A stretch of DNA of 54,324 nt from Acidobacteriota bacterium (GCA_029571905.1 JAKPXU010000109.1:1-54324), one strand, 5' to 3'; numbered from the stretch's first letter, positions 11,560 to 21,403 are shown. Notes: a model not told the origin generated them from the letters alone. Numbers and translations: made by a program.

Positions 11560-11570
11560 ACTCAGAACTA

Positions 11571-14111
11571 TTATTTTCTGACTTTAGCTTCAGCCCAATC
11601 AGCCAGGTCAAAGCGGGCTCCATCTCCACCATCCTCGACTACCAGCCGAAGTTCTTTTACCCCGTTGATATTGACCCTCACCTTTTTAGCCGGTCTCTGG
11701 CCTTTGATCAGCCCACTTGTCCAGAGCAACTGGTTATCACCGAAGATTTTAAATTCAACCGAGCCTTTTCCAGCTGAAGCGGCATCCAGGCCAACTTCGG
11801 CTTCAAAGATTTTAAATATTCTACCCAGGTCGAAGACAGCTTCAGACCGACCGGAAGTCCCTATTCCGGTACGATAGATTTTCTCTCCAATTTTAAGCGG
11901 AGTGCCACGAGCAGATCGATTCATTCTGGGCTGTCCCCAATCAGAAGCCAGATATTCAGGTTCAAGATCCGATAAATAGACTTCGGCCGGCAACTCGTCA
12001 ATCAATCTCAATTTGGTGGAAGCAGCCTCTTGACTGGTTGAGCCATCGAGCCAGATCGTTTTGACTTCAACCAGATATTCTTCGCGGGGATTAAGTCCGC
12101 CTAGCTCTCCTCGATTAACAGGTGTATAGAGATACGGCTGACCATTGAGATAAATCATATAACCGGCATTTAAATAATAAAGCGGCTGCCAGTCAAGTTT
12201 GACCTTATTTAAGCTTTTGATTTCTGGCTTCAGCCCGGACGGAGCTCTGGGTGGAAAGTTGTAGACATCACCGGTCTCAAAATAGACTTCCCAGGAAACG
12301 ATATCATTGGACTGACTGAGAATGGTAACGGTGGCCCAGCCATCATGATTTTCCAGACTGAAATTGTAGCCAGGAACTTCGACTCTCTTTATTTTCAGGT
12401 GGCGTTCTTCCCGGGGAAAGGCAAATCTCAATTCATATGGATCTCCTTTTATCACCCGGCTCTGGCCTCTGATCACTCTGTTTTCCGGTTCATAGCTCAG
12501 CGATTCCAGTTCTACCCAGCCCTGAGTGATGTGACGAGAAGTGGAGATAAGCTGGGGCTGGCCATTATCCTTGACCAGAGTTAAAACTCTAACCCCAGCC
12601 GGTGGAACGGTGACATAGATGCCTTTCTCGAAGCAGCCAAGATATTCTTTATTCCAGAAATCAAAGATGTGGTAAAGGGAGTTATCTTCCAGACCAAGGT
12701 CAGCCCACCTGACTGGCAAGTCCTGACCTTTATCCTGATCATAGTTGAAGCAACCAACGACGTCATATTGACGACCAAGGTGATTGACTTTAAGATCCCA
12801 GATTCTTTTGAGACGATTCGAAGAGAATAAATCAAGCGGCCGGATATTGACGGCTGGATAGACGCGCTTCAGAATCTCAACTCTTTCCGATGGCAGGTCA
12901 TACATGCGATCTGAAGCCATTAGGGCCTGACCGGTCAAACCTTGCAAACTGGCCCAGGCTCTGGCCATATCCAGGGTCAGCGGATAGCGAACCAGCAAAA
13001 CATCCGGGTCACAATACCAGAGGATATTATGAAGAAAATAATATCTCATAGTTGCCTCAGCGGCTACCAGAAATCCTTCCCAGGAAGGGACTATATCTCC
13101 ACCTGTTCTTGAGCCATTGTAGATACCGGCTCCTTCCAGAGGAGTTCCCCAGCAGCCAAGTAGATAGCGATTGGGTCCAATAGCCTGTCTTATTGTTTCA
13201 AGAGTCTGGCGGTAAAGCTGTTCGGGATCGCCTGGAGAGGCCATAAACTGTTTTTTCTGACGATATTCGTTGATGACAATCGGCTGCCCATCAATTTTGA
13301 AATATTCAAAACCCCAGGAAGTGGCTAGTTTGGTGAACAGATCATGTAAGTAGCTCAAGGCTTCGGGTTTGGAAGGATCCAGTAAAAATTTACCTTCCCA
13401 GGTGGAAGAGGCTGACTGGCCATCTGGAGTCAGAAGAAAAGCCCCGGTAGCTTTGACCACCTCTTCGTTGCTCTGGCCGTGGGGAGCCAGCCACAGTCCA
13501 GGGACCAGTCCCTGAGCCTTTATAAACCTGGCCAGGCTGTCCATCCCTTTGGAAAAGCGTGGATTGACATTTGACCAGTCACGATAATCAGTCGGGCTAC
13601 CCAGGCCTCGTCCCTGCCAGCCGTCATCTATCTGACAGTATTGCAGGCCATAATCTTTAAGATTTTTGGCCAACCAGGTAGCGTTTTTTTCCACTTCTTC
13701 CTGGTTAATTTCCCCATAATAATAGTACCAGGTACACCAGCCGGAAGGAGGGAGCGGGAAAATACTTTTATCGAGTGGCTGGTAATATTTTATGCCCAGT
13801 TTAGTTTTAAAGTAATCTGTTATTTCCTGGCCATTATTGAGAACAATTTTGTCTTCATAAGGGTAAAAAGTGCCATCAGCCAGAGGTGTGTTGACTTCTC
13901 CCAGAGTCATGACCATGATTTCTCTATTTGATCCATCTGCAATTCTGGCCGGTAATCTGTCTGGCAGCCTGGCCTCAACCCGCTGATTGGATTTCTTTTT
14001 CTCCGGCTTATTGCCCTGGCAGCTGAAATTTAAGCCAGCCAATAAAACGAGAATGGCCAGCAACCAGAGGAAGTTGATTTTGAGGCCAGGAAAATAAAAG
14101 CAACTTTTCAT
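11571..14111 (-). CDS. secreted alpha-galactosidase-like glycoside hydrolase (GH-D clan, GH27/36-like) with Fn3 and C-terminal NPCBM carbohydrate-binding domains
   Basis: SGWCTWYYYY...YCQIDDGWQ and FEYFKIDG match the clan GH-D catalytic pattern. The C-terminus (YLSDLEP...DLADWAEAKV) matches NPCBM. Start set at MKSCFYF (signal peptide), preceded by AGGAG. Confidence 0.7.
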   Translation of the reverse strand: MKSCFYFPGLKINFLWLLAILVLLAGLNFSCQGNKPEKKKSNQRVEARLPDRLPARIADGSNREIMVMTLGEVNTPLADGTFYPYEDKIVLNNGQEITDYFKTKLGIKYYQPLDKSIFPLPPSGWCTWYYYYGEINQEEVEKNATWLAKNLKDYGLQYCQIDDGWQGRGLGSPTDYRDWSNVNPRFSKGMDSLARFIKAQGLVPGLWLAPHGQSNEEVVKATGAFLLTPDGQSASSTWEGKFLLDPSKPEALSYLHDLFTKLATSWGFEYFKIDGQPIVINEYRQKKQFMASPGDPEQLYRQTLETIRQAIGPNRYLLGCWGTPLEGAGIYNGSRTGGDIVPSWEGFLVAAEATMRYYFLHNILWYCDPDVLLVRYPLTLDMARAWASLQGLTGQALMASDRMYDLPSERVEILKRVYPAVNIRPLDLFSSNRLKRIWDLKVNHLGRQYDVVGCFNYDQDKGQDLPVRWADLGLEDNSLYHIFDFWNKEYLGCFEKGIYVTVPPAGVRVLTLVKDNGQPQLISTSRHITQGWVELESLSYEPENRVIRGQSRVIKGDPYELRFAFPREERHLKIKRVEVPGYNFSLENHDGWATVTILSQSNDIVSWEVYFETGDVYNFPPRAPSGLKPEIKSLNKVKLDWQPLYYLNAGYMIYLNGQPYLYTPVNRGELGGLNPREEYLVEVKTIWLDGSTSQEAASTKLRLIDELPAEVYLSDLEPEYLASDWGQPRMNRSARGTPLKIGEKIYRTGIGTSGRSEAVFDLGRIFKIFEAEVGLDAASAGKGSVEFKIFGDNQLLWTSGLIKGQRPAKKVRVNINGVKELRLVVEDGGDGARFDLADWAEAKVRK

Positions 14112-14273
14112 TTGGAACTCCTGAAGTATTAGATTAGGTTTTAGATTATAACTTATATCACAGGACGGGGGAAAATGGGGAATAAATTTGAAGATGACAA
14201 TTGACCGAGTTTGGCTTATTATTAGATCAAACAGAGAAGGAAAAAACCCCAAAAACCCAGGAAGGAGGGTCGG

Positions 14274-14912
14274 GTGAAGAAAGTTCTTATTTTATTTTTG
14301 ACTGGCCTTTTCTCGTTATTCCTGGCCGGTAATCTGGCTGGAATGATCGTCGGTCTTAAAGCCGGATTTAATCTGGCCAGCCTTAAGGTGAGCCCGACGA
14401 TGCCTGACCTGCCTCAGTTCAAGAGCCGCTCCAGCTTTACTGGCGGGATCTTTGTTTCTTTTGATTTCGGGCCTTTAGCTATTGAGCCTGAGATTCTTTA
14501 TGCCCCTTACGGGGCAAAATTTGATCTTTATATTGATGATCTGCCTTACCAGGCCCAATACCAGTTTGATTATCTGGAAGGACACTTCATTCTGAAATGG
14601 AGGATAATTAAGATCGGGCCGGTGAGGCCGGTAATTATGGCCGGTCCTTCTTTTGGCTTTCTGACCAAAGCCAAAGGTGTCATCAACCCGGCTGCCGGAG
14701 GAGAAGGAGAATCGATTGATCTAAAAGATATGTACAAAAAAAGTGAAATAGGCCTGACCTTGGGGGCCGGAATCGAAACTAAAATCCGGAGGTTTAAATT
14801 ATCAGTCGAAGGCCGCTATCACTTCGGTTTGACCAATATTGCCACCTCCAGCTTTGAAGGCAACAGCATCAAAAACAGAGCGGTATCCGTTCTGGCCGGT
14901 CTGGGTTTTTGA
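14274..14912 (+). CDS. small outer-membrane beta-barrel protein (OMP_b-brl-type)
   Basis: Signal peptide, alternating amphipathic strands, and a C-terminal LAGLGF ending in Phe. GTG start preceded by GGAAGGAGGG. Confidence 0.65.
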   Translation: MKKVLILFLTGLFSLFLAGNLAGMIVGLKAGFNLASLKVSPTMPDLPQFKSRSSFTGGIFVSFDFGPLAIEPEILYAPYGAKFDLYIDDLPYQAQYQFDYLEGHFILKWRIIKIGPVRPVIMAGPSFGFLTKAKGVINPAAGGEGESIDLKDMYKKSEIGLTLGAGIETKIRRFKLSVEGRYHFGLTNIATSSFEGNSIKNRAVSVLAGLGF

Positions 14913-14937
14913 CCGGCAGGTGTGGTGGGTGCCGGTC
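14911..14937 (+). terminator. stem-loop immediately after the OMP gene (possible terminator, no U-tract)
   Basis: GACCGGCA-(11 nt)-TGCCGGTC, an 8-bp stem beginning in the stop codon. No T-run follows it. Confidence 0.3.
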
Positions 14938-15048
14938 AGGCGAAAGGGATGCTTCTTAGTTAAAGCTAATCAGGCACTTTTAGTTAAGTAAAAAATGCAG
15001 ATTTTATTTAATATTAATAGAAGACGAGGAAGCACAGAAAAATAAGGA

Positions 15049-15125
15049 TGGGGTGAGTGAGGGGAATCGAACCCCCAACCACTGGATCCACAGTCCAGTG
15101 CTCTAACCGTTGAGCTACACTCACC
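15049..15125 (-). tRNA. tRNA-His (anticodon GTG) with encoded G-1 and CCA
   Basis: Reverse complement reads G-1 + GTGAGTG acceptor, D arm GCTC/GAGC, anticodon stem CTGGA/TCCAG with loop CTGTGGA, T arm GGGGG-TTCGATT-CCCCT, then CACTCAC-C-CCA. Confidence 0.9.
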
Positions 15126-15140
15126 GCCAGAAGGATTAAA

Positions 15141-15169
15141 ATTTTCTCATCAATTACTCAGGTTGTCAA
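15141..15169 (-). promoter_or_regulatory. possible promoter for tRNA-His
   Basis: On the minus strand: TTGACA (15164-15169), 17-nt spacer, GAAAAT (15141-15146), about 15 nt upstream of the tRNA 5' end. Confidence 0.3.
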
Positions 15170-15221
15170 TAAGTCACGGTCAAGGCTCAAGGTCCTGAGC
15201 TTTGATTACCAGGCAAGGTCT

Positions 15222-16196
15222 CTATTCTTTTTGTTCTTCAATGAGATCAAGCACTTCTTCAGAATCTCGCCATTTTTCTTTTACTCTGACGCTTAACTCG
15301 AGGAAGACGCGGCTCTCCAGAATGTCTTCTATTTCTTTTCGAGCCTGGCTGCCGATTGTCTTGATCATTGACCCCTGGCGGCCGATGATGATGCCTTTAT
15401 GATTTTCCCTTTCGACCAGAATATCGGCTTTGATCCTGATCAGGGGCTGGCTTCCGGAGGAACTGGCTGCGGGACTTTTTTCTGCCTCCAAAGGACTGCC
15501 CTCCGCCTGAGGCCGCTCAATCGAGTGGATGACCACAGCCGTCGTATAAGGCAATTCTTCTTCCACCAGATTCAAGATTTTCTCTCTGATTATTTCTGAT
15601 AGCAGAAATCTTTCGGATTGATCGGTTATCTCTTCATCCGAGTATATTTTTTCTGCCAGCGGTAAATAATCATAGATTAAGTTCTCCAGGAGATTGAGAT
15701 TATCGCCCCGGAGAGCCGAGATGGGAATGATTTCACGAAAAGGGAAAAGATCTTTATATTTATCAATAACCGGCAATATTTTATCCTTTTTTACCAGATC
15801 AATTTTGTTAATCAGGAGAAAAACCGGCCGGTTGATTTTTTTCAGCATGTCCAGGACATATTTATCACCCTGACCGAATTTTTTATTGGCCTCGATCAGA
15901 AGCAGAAGGAGATCAGCTGTTTCCAGAGAGGAATAGACGTAATTCATCATTCTTCTGTTCATCAGATGCAAAGGCTTATGAACTCCGGGATTATCAACAA
16001 AAATGATCTGGCCACGGTTGGTAGTCTTAATGCCCAGCAAACTGATTCTGGTTGTCTGCGGCTTATCAGAGACGATGGCAATTTTCTGGCCGATCAGGGC
16101 ATTAAGCAGAGTCGATTTACCACTATTGGGCCTTCCAATCAAAGCTACATAACCGGTTCTATACTGGCCTTTTTTCTCTTTTTTTCTGGCCGGCAT
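15222..16196 (-). CDS. era: GTPase Era
   Basis: G1 GRPNSGKST, G3 DNPG, G4 NKID, and a C-terminal KH domain (IIIGRQGSMIK). Conserved ybeY-corC-era synteny. Confidence 0.95.
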   Translation of the reverse strand: MPARKKEKKGQYRTGYVALIGRPNSGKSTLLNALIGQKIAIVSDKPQTTRISLLGIKTTNRGQIIFVDNPGVHKPLHLMNRRMMNYVYSSLETADLLLLLIEANKKFGQGDKYVLDMLKKINRPVFLLINKIDLVKKDKILPVIDKYKDLFPFREIIPISALRGDNLNLLENLIYDYLPLAEKIYSDEEITDQSERFLLSEIIREKILNLVEEELPYTTAVVIHSIERPQAEGSPLEAEKSPAASSSGSQPLIRIKADILVERENHKGIIIGRQGSMIKTIGSQARKEIEDILESRVFLELSVRVKEKWRDSEEVLDLIEEQKE

Positions 16197-16201
16197 GATG
16201 A

Positions 16202-17467
16202 TCAGTCCTCCTGTTCGTTTCCATTTGGTGATTCTGAGGGGCTTCTGGTCAGCCTCACTCTTTTGATGCTTTTATCGTTTACTTCCAGAACTTCAAAATT
16301 GAGCTCGCCTATTTTAATTATTTCGCCTTTTCTGGGCAGCCGGCCCAGGCATTGATTAAGCAGACCGTTGACGGTCAAATAATTGTCTTCGGCCAGTTCT
16401 GTTTTTAGTACCTCTTCCAGATCTTCGATTTCGGTTTCACCCCTAACCAGGTATGTGTCCGGTTTTTCGACTATAATTGGGGATTCTTCTACATCATACT
16501 CATCCTGGATATCACCGACTATCTCTTCCAGCAGATCTTCCATGGTGATCAGACCAGCCACCCCACCATATTCGTCAACCACAATGGCCATTTTTTGTCT
16601 GGCTTTTTTAAATTCCTTCAACAGATCTTTGACCATCATGGTTTCCGGGACAAACATGACCGGCCTGATCAGAAAATCTATCTTACGGCTGGCTTGCTGT
16701 TCATCGCTGTATTCCAGCAAGTCTTTGGCTATGACCATACCTTCAATGTTGTCGAGGCGGTCTTTATAAACAGGGATTCTTGAATATTTTTCACGGCAAA
16801 TTAATTCTTTTAATTCTCTGATAGTTGCTTCTCGTTCGATAGCCACAATTCTGGTTCGCGGGGTCATAATTTCCCGGACCAGCCTGTCCCCGAACTCTAC
16901 CACGCCGCGCAGCAGTTCATTCTCATCTTTTTCAATAATGCCTTCTTCTGTAGCTTCATCAATGAATGTTTCTATTTCCTGATCAGAGGCTTCGTGACCG
17001 CGATCGGTTGCCTGTCTGCTTTCTTCTTTTTTTAATAGAAAACGAGGCAAAAGAAGAACCGGAGTCAGAAGCCAGATCAAGGCTCTCAGGACTGGCAAGA
17101 AGAGGGCGAGCCCTCTGCTCCGCAGGAAATAAAAAGCAAGACGTGGTAAATAGTCAAAAAGAACTATATAAGTGAGGACCAGCCCCAGAAAAAGCCATAA
17201 AGGCCAGAGGTTAACTTTCGGCCAGAGGAGACAGGCATAGACCACAAAGGCCAGGAAGAAAATCAAACGGGCATAATCGACAGCAATTTTGAGTTCATCA
17301 TAGTGATCAATGACTTTCTGTTTGATCTCGCTCTTTTCTTGACCCAGCAACCGGGAAAAACCTATTCTGGAGTGGTAGGAAAAAATTATGTAAAAAACCG
17401 ACATCAGGAAACAGAGCAGAGCACTGAGCACCAGACCAAACAGTTCAAGCGATGAAGACGAACTCAT
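16202..17467 (-). CDS. hemolysin-family / CorC-type protein (DUF21 TM domain, CBS pair, CorC_HlyC)
   Basis: N-terminal TM helices, CBS-pair region (REIMTPR...), and a C-terminal transporter-associated domain. Confidence 0.85.
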   Translation of the reverse strand: MSSSSSLELFGLVLSALLCFLMSVFYIIFSYHSRIGFSRLLGQEKSEIKQKVIDHYDELKIAVDYARLIFFLAFVVYACLLWPKVNLWPLWLFLGLVLTYIVLFDYLPRLAFYFLRSRGLALFLPVLRALIWLLTPVLLLPRFLLKKEESRQATDRGHEASDQEIETFIDEATEEGIIEKDENELLRGVVEFGDRLVREIMTPRTRIVAIEREATIRELKELICREKYSRIPVYKDRLDNIEGMVIAKDLLEYSDEQQASRKIDFLIRPVMFVPETMMVKDLLKEFKKARQKMAIVVDEYGGVAGLITMEDLLEEIVGDIQDEYDVEESPIIVEKPDTYLVRGETEIEDLEEVLKTELAEDNYLTVNGLLNQCLGRLPRKGEIIKIGELNFEVLEVNDKSIKRVRLTRSPSESPNGNEQED

Positions 17468-17850
17468 CTGGTTTTGGGCCCTCCAGCCAGTTGTGATTTA
17501 TAACCTTTTATCAACCATGACCTGACCTTTTCTTCTTCCTCATCCATTTTGGCCGAATGTTCGAAGCCCAGAAGATGAAGGAAGCCGTGGATAGCCAGAA
17601 TTTCCAGTTCGCGGGTAAGAGAATGGCCTTGCTTTCTGGCCTGACGACTGGCCACTTCCGGACAGATAATTATATCGCCTAAATAATACTGACCATCGGG
17701 CCCTTTTTCTTTCAGGGCAAAGCTCAGGACATCAGTTGGCTTATCTCGATGTCGATATTTTCTATTAAGCTTACGACTGGTCTCTGGCCCAACAAAACTG
17801 ACCACCACTTCAGCCTGTTGCATCTTATATCTCCTGCTTAGTTTTTCCAT
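17464..17850 (-). CDS. ybeY: rRNA maturation endoribonuclease YbeY
   Basis: Metal-binding motif HGFLHLLGFEH. Start trimmed to MEKLSRR so it does not overlap the upstream pgpH stop at 17858. Confidence 0.85.
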   Translation of the reverse strand: MEKLSRRYKMQQAEVVVSFVGPETSRKLNRKYRHRDKPTDVLSFALKEKGPDGQYYLGDIIICPEVASRQARKQGHSLTRELEILAIHGFLHLLGFEHSAKMDEEEEKVRSWLIKGYKSQLAGGPKTR

Positions 17851-17857
17851 TAGCTCC

Positions 17858-20245
17858 TTAATTTTTTTCTTGGGTACCAGTTTTTTCTTCAACTTGTTTA
17901 TTATTATGACCATTATTCTTTTTCACCTCTTCTTTTTTCTCGGACTTATCGGACTTTTTCTCAAAATCAAATCCAGGATAAGTGGGGCGTGGATGATAAA
18001 TTGCATAAAGAGTCATCAGGTAAGAATTGGCGATGACCCGCAGGTCCTTGAGGGAAAAGCCACATTCATCCAGCTGGCCGTCTTGAAGATGGGTATTGAA
18101 AATCTCGGTAATGACCCTCTTGAGATTTTCTCTGGTCGGCGATTTAAGACTCCTGGCTGCCGCCTCGACTGAATCGGCCAACATGATTAAGCCAGCTTCC
18201 TTGTTTTTCGGTAAAGGTCCTGGGTAACGAAAATCTTCTGCCTCAATTTTATGCAGCTCCGGATCATATTTTTCTTTAGCTTTATGATAAAAGTAGCGGA
18301 CTATGGAAGTGCCGTGGTGCTGAGCAATGATATCAATTATTCTTCTCGGTAATCTGAGCTTTCTGCCCATTTCGATGCCGTCTCTCACATGATTGATGAT
18401 GACCAGTGTGCTGAGGGAAGGAGTCAGCTCACGGTGAACATCATAGCCAGGCGTCTGATTCTCGCTGAAATATTCAGGCCGTTTTAGTTTGCCTATATCG
18501 TGATAGAGGCTGCCAGCTCTGACCAGAGCGGCATCAGCTTTGATTTCTTCGGCTGCTTTTTCGGTCAGAGTCGCTACGATTAAAGAATGATGATATGTGC
18601 CCGGCGCTTCCAGCGCTAAACGACGGAAAATTGGCAGATCAGAATTGCTGAGTTCATACAGCTTGGAAGGGGTCAGAAAGCCAAATATAGTTTCGAAAAT
18701 TGGTATTAAGACATAAGCAATAGCCGCTCCGAGTAGCCCTCCAACTATCCCACTTAAGATCTCTGTACCCAATAAAGAAATGTTCTGGATGCTCTGTTTA
18801 ATCAGGTTGATAATCAGGATCAGGATGACCTGGATCGGGGCAAGGATCATCAAGCCGGTCTTGAGTACGGTACTCCGACTCTGGGGGAAAAAGTATTTAA
18901 GGCCGTAAATGACAGAGATTCCGCCCAGAAGAATATAGATGATCAAAAAATAATCGCCGTTGAGGAGGTAGCCGGTGAGCAGGCTATTGATTATACAGTA
19001 GACGACAGCTGTTTCGGCTGAAGCAGCCAGCGCAATCAGGAAAGCTCCAAATTGAAGAGGAAAGGCAAAAACCAGTGCTTCTTTTTCCAGGCTAATGGTT
19101 GAGAATGAGCTGCTCATAGCTTCAGCCAGGAAAAGGCTGACCTTAGTTACAAGAAAGCTGATGAACAGAGTCAAACCCATCATCACCAGAATGGATAACT
19201 TGTTTTCGGTTCTGGAGGCCGACTCGATAACCAGCCAGATAAAATAGAAAAAGATAAAATATAAAATAGCCAGACCGGCGAAACTAAACAGCCAATGAGG
19301 CTGCTGGCTGATCTTCTGGTTAATGAGTATAATCTGCTTAAGACTTTCAGAAGTTACTTCATCACCCTTTCTGATGATGACTTTCCCTTTTTTGATAGTA
19401 TAAAATACAGATTCAACTGAATTTCTGATTCTAAGTTTTCTGGTCTCGGTTTCTACTTGATCATAACTGATGGTCGGTACCAGAAAAGCTGGCAGGCAGG
19501 ATTTTAGTATAGTTTTGGTCCTGGCCGGAATTTCCAGGGTTTCGATCTCATCTAAAAGTTTTTCTCTGGCTTCTTTAAGATCGATGATTTCTCCAGCTTT
19601 AAAAAGTTTTTCTTCTTTCCCTCTAATGATCAGGAGACCCTTTTCTATCTCACCATGATTCATCAGCTCGCGTGATAGAACTATTTCCTGATTGAGAATC
19701 GAAGAGATAATTTGAGTGGAAAGATTCTCCAGTTCAACCGGGAATTTTAGTTTTAGAAGTTGGTCAATAGTCCGGTCATCAAGATCAATAGCCAGGTTTT
19801 CAGATAGAGATTTTTGCAGGTCTCTGATGGTGCTGTCCGTCGGGTTAGCGGCGGCCAACCGACCCAGGCTAAACATCTGCTTTATTTTTTCCTGAACGCT
19901 GGAAATAATCCTCTGGTTATAAAAATAGACAGGAGGAACTGTCTCCTCAGCCTGGCTTCTTCTTTTTTCAGTGGCCTGGACATCTTCAACGGTTATTTCT
20001 AGAGGCGAGACAATATCCTTGGTGGCAATTTCGCCGACTTTGGGCAGTGGCAAAGGCCTGGCCGGGAAAAAAGAAATAACAAAGGAAAGAAGAAGAGAAA
20101 AAATAGCAATATAGAAAAACGGGCTGGAAACGACGTTCTTAAGCCAGTGGAATTTTCCCCTGACAGGGGGCTGAGTTTTTTTCCGGAAAGGTATTATTTC
20201 ATCGGTTTTAAACAGGCGAAGCTGTCGGAAACGGATAATTTTCAT
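17858..20245 (-). CDS. pgpH: 7TM-HD membrane phosphohydrolase (PgpH/YqfF-type, cyclic-di-AMP phosphodiesterase family)
   Basis: Extracellular N-terminal domain, seven TM segments, and an HD domain (HHSLIVA...YHDIGK). Sits in phoH-pgpH-ybeY synteny. Confidence 0.85.
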   Translation of the reverse strand: MKIIRFRQLRLFKTDEIIPFRKKTQPPVRGKFHWLKNVVSSPFFYIAIFSLLLSFVISFFPARPLPLPKVGEIATKDIVSPLEITVEDVQATEKRRSQAEETVPPVYFYNQRIISSVQEKIKQMFSLGRLAAANPTDSTIRDLQKSLSENLAIDLDDRTIDQLLKLKFPVELENLSTQIISSILNQEIVLSRELMNHGEIEKGLLIIRGKEEKLFKAGEIIDLKEAREKLLDEIETLEIPARTKTILKSCLPAFLVPTISYDQVETETRKLRIRNSVESVFYTIKKGKVIIRKGDEVTSESLKQIILINQKISQQPHWLFSFAGLAILYFIFFYFIWLVIESASRTENKLSILVMMGLTLFISFLVTKVSLFLAEAMSSSFSTISLEKEALVFAFPLQFGAFLIALAASAETAVVYCIINSLLTGYLLNGDYFLIIYILLGGISVIYGLKYFFPQSRSTVLKTGLMILAPIQVILILIINLIKQSIQNISLLGTEILSGIVGGLLGAAIAYVLIPIFETIFGFLTPSKLYELSNSDLPIFRRLALEAPGTYHHSLIVATLTEKAAEEIKADAALVRAGSLYHDIGKLKRPEYFSENQTPGYDVHRELTPSLSTLVIINHVRDGIEMGRKLRLPRRIIDIIAQHHGTSIVRYFYHKAKEKYDPELHKIEAEDFRYPGPLPKNKEAGLIMLADSVEAAARSLKSPTRENLKRVITEIFNTHLQDGQLDECGFSLKDLRVIANSYLMTLYAIYHPRPTYPGFDFEKKSDKSEKKEEVKKNNGHNNKQVEEKTGTQEKN

Positions 20246-20254
20246 TTAGTTATA

Positions 20255-21199
20255 TTAAAGCGATTGGGATTCTGCCTTGGCATAAGCCTTAATGATCCTG
20301 GCCACCAGGGGATGGCGGACCACATCCTTTTCAGTGAAGTAGACGAAGGCAATCTCCTTTATCGAAGACAGGACTTTAATCGCCTGAAGCACTCCCGATT
20401 TTTTAGGTTGAGGCAGATCAATCTGGGTGATATCAGCAGTAACCACCAGCTTGGAATCAAAACCCAGCCTGGTCAGAATCATTTTCATCTGCTCCCGGCT
20501 GGTGTTTTGAGCTTCATCCAGAATGATAAAAGCATTGTTTAAGGTGCGGCCTCTCATATAGGCCAGGGGCGCAATTTCAATAACTCCTTTTTCTAACAAG
20601 CGATTAGCCTGTTCATAGGAAGTTAGATCAAAGAGTGCATCATATAAAGGCCGCAGGTAAGGATTAACTTTTTGAAACATGTCACCCGGCAAGAAACCAA
20701 GCTTTTCGCCTGCTTCGACCGCTGGCCTGGTTAAAATGATGCGGTTTACCTGTTTGCTCTGCAAAAAGGACAGAGCCAGGGCCATAGCCAGATAAGTTTT
20801 GCCTGTTCCAGCCGGACCAATACCAAAAACCAGGTCATATTTTTTTATGGCTTCCATGTACTCTTTCTGGTTTAGACTCTTTGGTGCAACTGATTTCCGC
20901 TGGAGATAAAGAGGTTCGGCTGGAGAATATTCTTCGAGTTGACCCCGATTTTCCTCCATCAAATCAAGAGCTATCTGGAAATCTTCTTCCTTTAGATGAT
21001 AGCCTTTTTCTTCCAGTTCCTGGAGTTTATCAAAAAACCTCCGGGCCAGCTGGACTCTTTCTGCTGGTCCCTCGATAATAATTTTGTCTCCGCGAAGAGA
21101 CAGACTGATTCCCAACCGGCCCTCAAGGCGCTTGAGGCTTTTGTCAAGGCTGCCTGAATAAGAAATGCCCTGTAGAAAATGATGGGTAATTTTTTCCAT
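20255..21199 (-). CDS. phoH: PhoH-family ATPase
   Basis: Walker A GPAGTGKTYLAMA, Walker B FIILDEAQN, and an N-terminal KH-like region. Confidence 0.9.
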   Translation of the reverse strand: MEKITHHFLQGISYSGSLDKSLKRLEGRLGISLSLRGDKIIIEGPAERVQLARRFFDKLQELEEKGYHLKEEDFQIALDLMEENRGQLEEYSPAEPLYLQRKSVAPKSLNQKEYMEAIKKYDLVFGIGPAGTGKTYLAMALALSFLQSKQVNRIILTRPAVEAGEKLGFLPGDMFQKVNPYLRPLYDALFDLTSYEQANRLLEKGVIEIAPLAYMRGRTLNNAFIILDEAQNTSREQMKMILTRLGFDSKLVVTADITQIDLPQPKKSGVLQAIKVLSSIKEIAFVYFTEKDVVRHPLVARIIKAYAKAESQSL

Positions 21200-21263
21200 C
21201 TTAAAAGGCTAATTCACCTCTTTCCTGTTTTCTGCTCATACTTATAGGAACTAAACTAAAAAA

Positions 21264-21292
21264 ATTAAATCATGGCTATAGACTTTTGTCAA
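21264..21292 (-). promoter_or_regulatory. sigma70-like promoter for the phoH-pgpH-ybeY-corC-era operon
   Basis: Minus strand: TTGACA (21287-21292), 17-nt spacer, TTTAAT (21264-21269). SD AAGAGGTGA lies ahead of the ATG. Confidence 0.45.
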
Positions 21293-21356
21293 GGAAACCT
21301 GGCTGAGGTGGATTGGTGCTGGCTTCAATTTTGACTGAATGTCCAGATCAATTCGG

Positions 21357-21385
21357 TTGAAAAAAAACTCAGTCTGTTATATAAA
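21357..21385 (+). promoter_or_regulatory. sigma70-like promoter for the RHH-sat operon
   Basis: TTGAAA (21357-21362), 17-nt spacer, TATAAA (21380-21385). SD AGGAGGA at 21394-21400, ATG at 21404. Confidence 0.5.
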
Positions 21386-21403
21386 AACTTCTCAGGAGGA
21401 ACA

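Noticed and set aside
14112-14252. Upstream extensions of track ORFs: the GH gene to 14252, gap to 4475, nnr from 4508, and the larE-like gene from 33539.
   Set aside because: Internal ATGs with well-spaced SD sequences give N-termini that match the protein families (a signal peptide or a conserved first motif). The extensions have no SD, or they overlap neighbouring genes or promoters.
14913-15221. tRNA-His (and tRNA-Leu at 922-1009) as integration sites for mobile elements. This includes a short direct repeat TTAGTTAA at 14956-14963 and 14980-14987.
   Set aside because: No integrase, transposase or phage genes flank either tRNA. I could not spot a duplicated tRNA 3' segment. The 8-bp AT-rich repeat is too short to be meaningful.
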